Part shown: positions 53,389 to 64,000 of the stretch, piece by piece
Position numbering within the stretch: the first letter of the stretch is position 1
Layout: every line of letters starts with the position of its first letter
Program-made: the position numbers and the translations under genes
Source of the DNA: Sphaerodactylus townsendi
Taxonomy: Eukaryota
DNA length: 64,000 nucleotides
Reading direction: 5' to 3'
Assembly (NCBI RefSeq): GCF_021028975.2
Contig: NC_059430.1
Coordinates: 70,246,001-70,310,000 of the forward strand
Notes under the pieces: model-generated
Seen by the model: the letters and a program-made list of their open reading frames with translations, nothing else
What the model was told of the DNA's origin: nothing
Databases searched by the model: none

Positions 53389-53473
53389 TAAGTATCCAAT
53401 GGGTCATTCTCCTGGATGGTGTAGGCCATCTTGTTGGGACTCCCCAAGCAGTACCCCAAAAAGTGTGCGTTCT
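53389..53473. repeat. Perfect 85-bp inverted copy of 49617-49701
   Basis: taagtatccaatgggtcattctcctggatgg...gtgtgcgttct is the exact reverse complement of 49617-49701. Confidence 0.92.
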
Positions 53474-54699
53474 CTGTCCTTTGGCATAGAATCTCTACTT
53501 CCACCTTCCCCATTCAGCTTCCCACCTTCGCCACTAAGCTGGGCCACCATGGCTCCAACCACCTCCACCATCGTCTCCCGACCCAGCACAGCTCTGGGCC
53601 TATGCTTCTGGTCCTGTGCAACTTCTTCCCACCCCCCAGCTGCTGGCGACCCAGTGCTGGGTCTGGTGGACCTCCCAGACTGCTGCAAGCACAGTATGTT
53701 GCCAACAATGATTCTTGGAGCAGGAGGAGCTATGTGCATTGTCTGCAGATGCACAAACAATGCTTTTTGTGTTTTTTTCACCTTTTCTGATTTTTCTGCA
53801 AACTTGGGGAGTTCCCTAAGTTGGAAGAACTATTAATGTGCTCCCTATCTTCTGATTTAGGTAACTGCAGATAGGAGACATACTTGGAAAATAATGTATG
53901 CATGGGTTTTATCATACATGGAACTGGAATTTTTAAACTTGTGAATTAAAACATTTACTCCTTTACAGTTCAGTTGTCTTTCTTTATATTGAATATAGAC
54001 ATTCTTTTTCAGTGAGTAACTCATTTCAGTTTCATACAGATGTGTTTCCCCGCATGAATTAGTTATGTATAATAATATGTGGACCTGCTATAGCCTTTTG
54101 ATACATCTAGTAGGCATAGGTAGAATTAATTAATTTAGGGTTTTCTATAGATGGCCTAGTATTATATGACAGCCAAAGATATTTGTTCTGGATGTCAATC
54201 AGTTATTCTTTGTTAGTTCAAAAGTCTTCCCTGAAGGAATATACATTGATCTGTGCATATCCTAAAATACAACAAAAGCCTTGCTGGTGTTGTGGAGATG
54301 AAAGTGAAAAGATATGTCTTGAAACACCATATAGAAATATTAGAATACCTGGTGTGTGTTTTCAAAGGTTTGCTGAACAGGAAAACTTAGAACACAAATG
54401 TTGACCAGCATGTACGTCAAACCTTACGGTGAAAATAAATTAGGTTAGCATCTGAGAACTAAAAGTTGAAACAGACTCCAGCTCTTTGACCTGTGGCCCA
54501 GCTGCTTGCAAACAGTTGACCCTGAGCGTAACTGAAGAATACAGAGTTTAGAAATCACCTTCTTCATTTTGTTTTGGTAATAGCTGTTGGAATTATCTTT
54601 TTATGCTTTTGGTACAAGCTAAATGTTTTGTTTATTCCTATATAAGTCAATTATATTGTATTATAGCCTTATAGCCACTCTCTAGAATCAGTCTGTAAA

Positions 54700-55663
54700 T
54701 CTATATATATAAAAAGCTAACCGTGTACTTGTTGATGATAGTATAATTCAGTAACTGCTGGGCTAATTCCTCTGAAAATTCCCAGCCACTATAGTTGGCC
54801 AGGTGAGAGTGTTTTTAGATGTTCATATACCTGAAATTTCACTCCTGGCCCAGGTAAAATGCCTTTTTCCTGGTGCTCTGTGGTGAAGGACATGCAGCTG
54901 CCTGTGTGTAACTGTCACCCTTAGAATGTTCGTGCTGCTTAGAATGTTCACTCAGATGGCCAGATATGAGCAGTGGAAACAGCACATAGGCAGTAAGTCG
55001 AGTGGAAGTGAAACACATACACACGAGGGAGAGGGAAGGGAGGGAGAGGGAGGGGTGGCATGCAAGGGAAGAGAAGTGAGAGAGGGAAGACAGTGAGGGG
55101 TGGCATGCAAGGGAGGGGAGGCAGGGGGCCCAGCATCTTGATATGACCCACCCACCCTAGCGGAGGAAAAGGGAAGGGAAGGAGGGGGAGGGGTGGCATG
55201 CAAGGGAAGAGAAGTGAGGGAGGGAAGAGAGTGAGGGGTGACATGCAAGGGACGGGAGGGAGGGGCCAGGCACCTTCTAGGATTCCCCTGGAATACCATG
55301 CGGTTACAGTAAAGAAAACCAGGCATACGTTACTCAGGAGTAAGCTCGGCAAAGCAACCGTGACATACTTTGAATGGCTGCATCGCGCCCCTCAGAGGGT
55401 TTCCTCAGAAGCAACACCCATTGCCACCAACCAAACTTACTCCCAGGTAAAGGACCATGACCAGCCAGCCTAGATGTGTGGGAGGGGTGCCTTTCCATCC
55501 CCCACCCAAGGAATGCGGGCACACACATCAATGACATCGCACAGTATCAGTCTGCGTGTTTGCATGAGCACGTACTGTTTGGCTCTGCAATAGATTTGCT
55601 GCTACTGTTCCTTTCCCATTTCACCACAATAAGCCACAGCAACGCGTGGCCGAGCCCTGCTAG
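54700..55663 (+). mobile_element. Non-autonomous Helitron
   Basis: A|TCtatatatataaaa 5' end; 3' hairpin gccac-agcaacgc-gtggc (55633-55650) just upstream of CTAG|T; inserted between A and T with no TSD. Confidence 0.85.
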
Positions 55664-55863
55664 TGGACAGATACTTGTCAAAACATAGACAGCAAGGAAA
55701 AGATTAGATCCTTTTGGTCCTTGGGTCCTGCAAGGGATCAGGATGCCATTGGTGCCAAATGAAAATGTTTGCTTCAACAGTTACTGCATGTGCAGATTTT
55801 TTTTTCCTTCTAGGGTTCTGAGGAGTAGCCTTCTTTCTGGATGAGGAGAAGGAAGATTATTTT

Positions 55864-56005
55864 GGGAAAGGCCACGACTTGGTAGTAGAACATCTCCAGT
55901 TAAAACAATCCAGTACTAAGTGATGTGAAAGACCTCTATCTGACACCCCTTTTAAGCAGTACTTATCTTGATAGTCCAGTCATCTGACTCAGTATAAGAC
56001 AGTTT
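55864..56005 (+). mobile_element. tRNA-headed SINE fragment (family of 985-1187)
   Basis: gtgatgtgaaagacctctatctgacaccc...tctgactcagtataagacagttt mirrors the 985-1187 copy. Confidence 0.55.
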
Positions 56006-58149
56006 GTGCCTTCACACTGGAAACTGAGATACCTTTCCTCTTAATAACCTCTGTGTGAAAGGTAGCACCTCCGCCAATACCATATTTTCTAGCGTTCCTG
56101 TCACAGTCTTTCTCTTTTCCTTTCCCCCTCTTCCAGAGGGAACCAGCTAGTCACCTACTCCCTGTTGCTAGGCAACATCTTACAAAACTCTTTCACTCCC
56201 CCCCCCCCAATATGTGAGACCTTGAAATGTATAGTATAAATAATCAAACATTTAATTTTTAATTGGAAGAATTTTAGCAATAGAGGGGCCATTCTAACAT
56301 AACTGTAATTCAAATAATTTCCTGGGAAAATGATAATGAAAAATCTCAACATCAAAATTTTGATCACTGTCATTGATCACTGAAAATAGAGGAATGGGCC
56401 CTGGACTGTTTCATCATCATTAAAACTGATGCTTTTGGTTTGTCAGGACTTGTACATTCTCCAAGGTGCCCTACTCAAGAGAAAAAGATGCTGCCCCACT
56501 CAAGAAGTGGAAGAACAATGCACTTGGCTTGCCTTATTGACATACCTCAGGCTAACCAAGATACTCCTGACTATATGTACCTTTAAAAAAGCTAATGGTC
56601 TCCTTGCATTGATTTCCAAAGAATAGTATGTTAAGGATCATCAGTGGGCAGAGTAGTGGCTGCAGATCTACTATGTTCTGTTTGTTAAGGTTTGATTGTT
56701 AAATTCTCTGTACTATTTTTTAATGTAGTAAATTATGGGAAGTGGCTTGGGTAAACTCTTGGGTCAATGACATTTTAGGAGGGATGATCGCAGAAGGAGT
56801 TTTTATAATCCCTTGTTTTGTGGAAGACATAATTAGGGAATTAGAGACTCTTGGTGGCAGGGGGAACAACATTTCTTGAAACAAGATCATGGTATATGAA
56901 TCGTTTGGGCTGGGTGAGTGGTTTGTTATCTCTCTGAGTGACAAGAATGAAGGTGGGAGTAGAGAACTTGAAAGTGCTATTTTTTAAAGAATATATATTA
57001 TTTTATGTTCTGAGCCCAGATATTTCCAAATACTGTTGTTTGTGATTTTCTGATGATTGCTAAGGTTTTTTTAATGGTTTTATGTGTGTTTTTAATATGG
57101 AGCTGGGATTAAAATCTTGGGATGGAGCACATTAATATTCTAGAAAGAGTGGTGCTACTTTCTAATTTTTAAACTTCCTTTTTGGTAGAAGCAATTTGCC
57201 TTCCTGCCTTGATTTTCATGTGCTTGACAAATGCTGTGCTACTTGATGTTTAAATGTGTACTTTTCTGAAATAAATGGAAAAAAGTCAACAACAGTAGCA
57301 GTTCAGTAGTATAAAAACTTCCCAGACCTAACTATCTCTGCCTTTATCACACAGATATTGTCTCTGAAGCAACTTCATTCTGAACTTCTTGAGAGTCAAG
57401 TTATTCTTAGAGCCATTATAAGCAAAAGAGCTCCTTGAAAAACAAGAGAAAAGGAGATCCGTAAGAAATGTAAGTATTTCACAGCAAATGTTAAGTCTGA
57501 ATATCTTATGCCTATTACTGAATATTGTCCTTCATGTTTGTGCTTCAAAAATTGATGGGAGCAATGTACCTTGAGCAATGCTTGAAGTCACCTGTGAATA
57601 TTAGAAGACAGGTAAAGAATCCAACCCTGCTCTTTTTGGTAGAATGATCTTCAAAGAAGTGACTCTATATAGTCTGCTGTTAGATCTTGGAGGAAGGTGA
57701 ATGAATCTTATGTGACACATTTACACTTCATCCCCTTTTTGATTCAGTTATTCTACAGGGGTAGCTGTGACTTCAGACCCAACAATAAAGTTTTGACAAG
57801 AAAGTTCTAACAAAAATGAAATAATGGAAATGTAGATTAAGGAGACACTGAAGGCAAATGTGGTTTTTTAAGAATGTGGTTTTATCAGATCAGACCTGAG
57901 CACAGCTGCAAGGAGGGAAAACTACTTAGGCTTTTTTTTTAATAATGAGGTTTTTTCATACAGACAAGTCCCTATAAAAATGTTTAACCATACTTCGATC
58001 CACATGGAGATGCAAGTTGGAATCTCATACATGGTCTGCCAACTCCTTGAACTCTAGCAGTTAACAAGTCTTTTTTCTTTCAACAAATGGAATTTTACTT
58101 AAAGTTACAGTTAGGATAACAAACTTATCAAGTAAATAACTCCACTGTA

Positions 58150-58237
58150 AACAGCTCAGGCGGCAGAGCAGAGAATCAAACCCAGTTCCTCCAGATTAGA
58201 TACACGAGCTCTTAACCTCCTACGCCATTGCTGCTCC
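58150..58237 (-). mobile_element. Squam3-like SINE 5' fragment
   Basis: Nearly identical to 11760-11848. Confidence 0.8.
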
Positions 58238-58940
58238 TAAGCAACCATGATGGGCATGGGTCCAAGAGGCAAGTGGTTGGCTTCATGGCAGCCAGGACTC
58301 TGTCCACATCTGCCCAAAAGAGTCGACTGCAATGGCTCACAAAAGGACCTGTAGACAGTTAAGAAGAAGAGTTTGGATTTATATCCCACCCTTCTGACCT
58401 GTAAGGAGACTCAAGGTGGCTTACAAGCTCCTTTCCCTTCCTCTTCCCACAACAGACACCTTGTGTAGTAGGTGGGTCACCCAGCAGGAATGCAGAAGTG
58501 TGGAAACACAACTGGTTCACCAGATAAGTCTTCGCCACTCAGGTGGAGGAGTGGGGAATCAAATCTCCAGATTAGAGTCCACCTGCTCTTAACCACTACA
58601 CAACTCTGGCTCTCATTAAGGGACCTCCATTTCCATCACTGTATCACCACCGATGGAGAGGTCATGTCAAAGTGACAAGACTTTATCTGTAAAATAGCTC
58701 TCAAAAGCTCCACAACTGATTGCTGAATCATTAGCATTTTGGGATTTCTCTGAGAGGGAAATTAGGTACTTGGTTACCCTAAATAATTGTGCTGGGCATG
58801 AACTAGTGGATTCAATAGAGGCTGCATAAAACTTCTTCTTAGTGGCCTTCACTGCTATCTCTTAGAATCTCATGAACATCCTATAATATGTTCTTACAGC
58901 TTCACCATGAGTGCACTGCCAAACTCCCTCTAGTCATCTT
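58238..58940 (-). mobile_element. L2 LINE fragment interrupted by SINE
   Basis: Minus-strand peptides KKKFYAASIES..PAQLFRV and TTCLLDPCPSWL. Confidence 0.7.
58361..58614 (-). mobile_element. Squam3-like SINE (other subfamily)
   Basis: aagaagaagagtttggatttatatccc tail ... ggggaatcaaa..ctccagattagagtccacctgctcttaaccactac head. Confidence 0.8.
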
Positions 58941-61900
58941 GATGGTTGAGCTGCTCCACAAGTGACAAATCACTTCCTTTGTTGAAAGCAGCTGCTAAAG
59001 GAAACAGTGTATAGCCTCATGGTTGTAGTGTGTAGATAAGCTCTGATGGATCACGATTGATCTGGAACAGATCCATAGCTGTAGTCTCTTGTTGAATTGG
59101 TTTTTTATTGTCTAATGTAGTAGTTTCTAGGCATTTATTTAACCATGCAGAATACATGTATGGGATCTTCAGTACCTGTAATTTCTTCAAAAGACCCTCA
59201 TGCAGATACACACAAAGAGTAGAAAACTTTCATGAACTCTGATTGTCTTGTCTGTCTTTTTTCATGTAATAGGCTACCTTCAGAAATTTGTTTGAGTTTG
59301 ATACATAAGCATAATTAGTTCAGTTAGTTCAGTCCTTTACCATCAGCATCAGATTGTATCTGTATGGGGAACTGGAAACTCAGATATCACTGGATATCAT
59401 ATCTGCCATATTCAGAAGCTGCCCATCAACAAAATGTGATATAAGGGTATAAAAGATGATAGCATCACAAATACTGTTGATAAGATGCGTAATTGCAGAA
59501 GCCATCTGCTCTGTGGGGAGTGTTTGTGTATTTTATTAACACTAATAACGTTAAACTAATTAACACCAATCCCTCACAAAGCAATATAAGTCTTAAATAT
59601 TCCTGAACAGGAAAATAGATGGGCTTAATGAGATAACTGCAAAGAATTTTTGTTTTTAACCCTATAGTACTGTTGCCTTTTTTGAAACTCCTAATGTTAG
59701 AATGTGAACACTAGTTGCCATATTGTTTTAGGTATTTACTCGCAGTAATTGTAAATAACTCTTTTGTCAATGCTACATATTTGGGTGAAATTCTAGGTAA
59801 ACTGTTAGCCATTTCTTTTCCCATCTGCATCAACAAATGTCTAAAATAGTTACTGCTGGTAGAAACATTGGTATGTTAATAGAGAATTCTGAATTCAGTC
59901 ATACTTACTTCTTACTAGAAGTAAATATGGTTATATTGTAAGTGGGGAAAGACATCTGATTTTCCAGTGTTTATGTATGATGTGGTAGAGGGAAAGGGTA
60001 TCAGTTGGAGACTAAGGATGCCGTGAGAGTTTAACCCGTTATGACTTTTGATCTAAAGATCAACATCTGCAATAAGTTCAAGTCACCATAAAGTTCAAGT
60101 TACTATAAAGTTTTTGAGTGCCCAAGGAAAGGATGTTATCTTTTGACTGGGGTGTCTGGCTTTAAGGTTCTGGAATAGCTAGTGGGTTCATCCCAATCAG
60201 ATCCTGTCAGAATAGCAGGTTTAAAATTTGCAGATCTATACTGACCAGACAAAGAAATATAAAGTATTTAGGTGCTTATGCTTAATTTAGTGATTTTTAC
60301 GTAACACAAGTTTTATGCAGGACAGAGCATTCCAGGAAATTTGAAGGCTGATGGTATTGTAAATATTTGAGATGTTTTAAGAGGTTGTTCCCTACTCAGT
60401 GCTTGTGGGGAAATTAAGTGCTTATATTGCCTTAAGGTTTATTGCTGTTGTTATTTTCCTTCATAAAGAACTGCTAAATGCCAAAAATTATACTACTGTA
60501 CTATATTTGGTTAGGCACAGACTTAAAGCACTGTGCTAGAATTGTGCTTTTCCCCACATTTACTTTGCAGTGTTGCATTTACTACAACTGGGCATCTGTG
60601 TTCCTCATGTGAGGCTGTTCTATCTTTGGCAGTAATGCAGATGGATTGCTTGAGGATGTATATGGGAAGGAAGCAGTAAAAGTCAGTGACATTGACAAGT
60701 GACTGTCTTGCTTTTCGGGTATGTCATGTCTTCATTGTTTACAGTGGAGTTATTTAGAATTAAGCAATTTTTAATTTTTCAGTAGTGCTTATCTTCTGAA
60801 TAATTCTGTACCTCTGAAATGAAGACATTTTTTTAATACAAATAAAGTTATTCTGTACTCATTACTTTTAAAAGCACTCTTGTAAATAAAATACAATCCT
60901 AATGACTTTTTGGTACCAGTCTCAGGGTCTATTTTGGAAAATCAAACTACGCATTCAGTCTCAGAAAATTAAACCCCAATGTTAAAATTTGCTATTGCAG
61001 TAGGCCCTATGACTTACATAATTACATCCATATGCCTGGAGGTATTTACAATAATCTGTTTCAAAGGATATCATGAGAATGGTAGGAGGATTGCTTGGTG
61101 AAATTCTAATAATACCTTTTTCATTCTAAAAGTGTTTAAACAATGCACTGTTCTTAATAAAGGACAATTTATCACCTTTACATTTATTTGTGAGAATCCA
61201 AAATAATAGAAAACATTTGGCTTTAGCGAAGATAAGTCTTGTGTAGAGCATACAGAAAATAATTATTAAGCACAACCCACTCATTTATTTCTAAAATAAG
61301 CCTTGATAGTTTATTCAACACACTAATAATAAAATACTAAATAAATAATTTTGGAGGAAAAAAACCATTTTCAGAATGCTTTCTGTTTCACAAGTTACTT
61401 TGTCATCTTTACAAGCTAGTTAAGTTGTAGCTGGTCAAAAGGTTGGATCCAGAACCCTCCTTGAATGAGTAGATGCATTCATCTGCTTGTGTAAGGGAGA
61501 GGAACTTGTGACAGGTCCCCCCCCCCATTCCTGTGTATTTTCCTGCCTTTAGGAATCTGTTTTATAATTCCTTGATACAGAAATGGAACAAACCTGTTCT
61601 GTATGTTGAGTTTTTCCTATGCTTCTCTGGATACAAGCCAAAGTATTTTAATGACGCTTTAGTGTGTTTGCCCAAAATCGTGTATAATTGAACATAAAAA
61701 CTGCTGTGATCCATGATGGAAACCTGAAGGTTGTACTGAGGTCAGAAGCCGGTCCTTGGAAATTTTTGGTATAAGGCAAAAGATTTATATGATCTGAAGA
61801 GAAACTAGAGTATAAAACTTGATCCCAGACTGTATTGATATAATGGTTTTATATTGCTGTGGCAGTTAGGATTAGCAGGAGCTATTGTACCAGTACACTA

Positions 61901-61943
61901 AGATGACAAATATGTACATTATTTCTGATCTGTGTTGGGTAGT

Positions 61944-62934
61944 GTCACAGCCCCCTCAGAAAAGGCAGGTTGCAATAAGAGATAAAAGGCTGTACTTCCC
62001 CAATATCTCTTCGGCCTGTTTGGCCCTGAAACAGTAGCCCACACACACAACAGCCCACACACGCTTATCTGGTAGCTGCCACCACCACCTGTCACTTTGA
62101 GATCTTTATACCCAAGCATTCTGGGAGTGATAGGGGCTTTCTTAAACAATTTTAATTTTATTTAGGGGAAACAGAATAAAAAGGGAAGGTAAATGCAATT
62201 ACATGCACGTTAGAAATAAATATAGTGGAAGGATTTCATATAATCAGGAAAATGCAGAATAGATGAAACAACACAAGAAGGCAACACAATCTGAATTAAC
62301 TGGTTACCTAGCTTACTAACTTAGAGATCCTGAGTCACTGACATTTGCCTGTCTGGCAAGGGACCTCTTCTTTCTTTGCTTGTCTCTGGGAAAGGCAAAA
62401 TTTCAGGATTTTATCATGTTTTCTATTATCACACTCCCTATTGGGTTGTGTTCTTTTGCTGTTTCGGATAATATGAATCCCATCAAGGGATCCCTCTTGG
62501 AGGGAAAACCCTATCCTCTTCTGTGGGGCTTTGTTATTGGCTGGCCTATTCCTGTTGTTGTGAGAGAGAATGCCCAAAGGGATTGCCTGATTTGTGAGTT
62601 TAACATGGAAAACATGGGGACCAGGATGGGACACAAGACAGTTGGGAATGTGCTTCATCAAATAGACAAGACTGGATATTTATTGTCTCCATTTAATTTT
62701 TTTGGTCATAATAAAGTCACAAATATTTGCATACTCAAACATTTTAGTAAATATTTGTGTGGACTGTGTAAGACAACAGACTAAGACACTTCTATGGTTA
62801 TCCCATTTTGCTGAGCTCCACTGCAGGTATATATCTCTGGGATTGGAACATAGAATACTTGACATGTTAACACTGTGGATTAGGCTGCCTTTGTAAACAG
62901 TGTTAAAGGTTCAGGCTAGTGTTGGGTGACTCAC
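61944..62934. mobile_element. Possible solo LTR
   Basis: Begins tgtcacagcccc and has LTR-like composition; right boundary uncertain (candidate CA ends at ~62343, ~62863, ~62934). Confidence 0.35.
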
Positions 62935-63109
62935 AGCTAGAGAAGGAAGCCCATTTTTAAAAAATGTTAATAAGACACATAATGATGTATTTGTGTTTGC
63001 ATGTTGTGTTAAGAGGAACAGCATGTGTTCTCTGAGAACCTTATTAGTGCATAAATTGCACAGGATTATTCTCCTGGCACTGAAGAGCATCAGTATATTT
63101 AATTGTCAC

Positions 63110-63865
63110 TGTGTCCGGGGGTCGCCGCGACTGCCGCGACGGCTCGCCCCGGACTCGCCCAGCCGGGAGGCGGGGCCGGCGGGAGGCCGGCGGCGGGCGG
63201 CTCATAGAGGAGAGCGCCGGCAAGGAGGCAGGCCTGGCAGGAGGCGGCCCCGGTATGCCGCTGCTGCGGCTTGTTGAGCCGGCAACGGCCGGCGGGACCG
63301 CAACGCAGCTGCGGCTGGAGAACCGGCCGGCGGCCGGCAGCCGGGCCGCAAACGAGGCCGGGAACAGCCCCAATCAAGGGGGAAAACTATTTAAGAGAGA
63401 GGGAGACGGGAGAGCGAGGCTAGTCGCAACGGGTCGAGGGAGGGAGTTGCGGGGGCCGGGAGCAGAAGGGACAGGCGTGGGACAAAGACTGGGAGAGAGA
63501 GAGAGGGAGAAGGAAAGGAGGCGAGAGAACAGAGAAGTTGGGGCGAGAGGAGAGAGTGAGAGCGGAAGGGACACAGAGGAGCGAAAGGGAGTGAAGGAGG
63601 AAAGGGAGGCTGCTCAAGGGGTTAGTTGGCTCTGCACCCGAGGGGCTGTCGCACCCCAGCCCCGTGTGGAGGCCAGTTGCTCCTCAGGTAAGAGGCGGGA
63701 GGAGGGTCCTTCTACCTCCTCCCTTGGCGGCCACCCTGTGGTTGCGGCAGCTGGCAGTGCGGGCCCCAAAGACCGGGCCCACTGACGAGGGGCACATCAC
63801 CTCGGTTAGGAACGGAGGGACGGTTTGCCAGCCCGGGCTGCAGGAGGGGCAGGGGGAACGCCACA
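63110..63865 (+). mobile_element. CpG-rich solo LTR-like element
   Basis: Sharp GC-rich block in AT-rich DNA with TGTG...CACA termini, flanking cac(t) duplication, TATTTAA at ~63388 followed by a GA-rich tract. Confidence 0.65.
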
Positions 63866-64000
63866 CACTATGACCACCTCTGTGGATACTTAATCTGGAG
63901 ACTTGAACTATGAACAAACAAGATAGGTCTTTCTACAAATCTAACCCCCTCCCCAGTTTTCAGAAAAAATCTAATCTAAAAAAACTAATAAAAGAATAAG

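Larger units (their letters stand above)
46350..53473 (+). mobile_element. DIRS1-like retrotransposon E: 5'-truncated, end of gag, RT/RNase H/methyltransferase-like, YR, ICR (split by CR1) and right ITR
   Basis: Same family as copy D (near-identical ICR); coding domains listed separately; right ITR ~53260-53409. Confidence 0.92.

Noticed and set aside
57354-57470. Exon candidate (cacag|atattg...gaaat|gtaagt)
   Set aside because: Stop codons in all three frames; no evidence for a non-coding exon.
60645-60720. Mariner-transposase-like peptide LEDVYGKEAVKVSDIDK
   Set aside because: Very short, with no TIRs or further motifs found.
63111-63785. 224-aa ORF
   Set aside because: Low-complexity G/R/E/A translation of GC- and GA-rich LTR-like DNA.

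Overview
This is non-coding vertebrate genomic DNA, most likely from a squamate reptile. The tRNA-headed SINEs with (CTT)n tails, 5S-derived SINE, R4/Dong LINEs and DIRS1 elements suggest a gecko, but that is an inference. I could not support any host protein-coding exon or RNA gene; nearly all recognisable sequence is transposable element. The dominant feature is a cluster of five DIRS1-type tyrosine-recombinase retrotransposon relics whose bodies all lie on the + strand (about 8.6-11.0, 14.2-15.4, 15.7-19.7, 35.1-39.6 and 46.4-53.5 kb). One copy keeps the full left ITR / ICR / right ITR architecture. Also present are two tandem R4/Dong LINEs in AAT microsatellites, a 3.3 kb CR1 inserted inside a DIRS ICR, L2 relics, several hAT MITEs with 8-bp TSDs, a Tc1/mariner-type MITE, a non-autonomous Helitron, LTR-like solos, a miniature Gypsy relic, and a Penelope end carrying a minimal hammerhead-ribozyme motif. 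The most unusual observations are two perfect inverted duplications (85 bp and 57 bp) at DIRS termini; the 85-bp one looks like an ICR-templated fold-back that overshot the normal element end. I found no evidence for a new protein-coding system. Family assignments come from motif recognition, not database searches.
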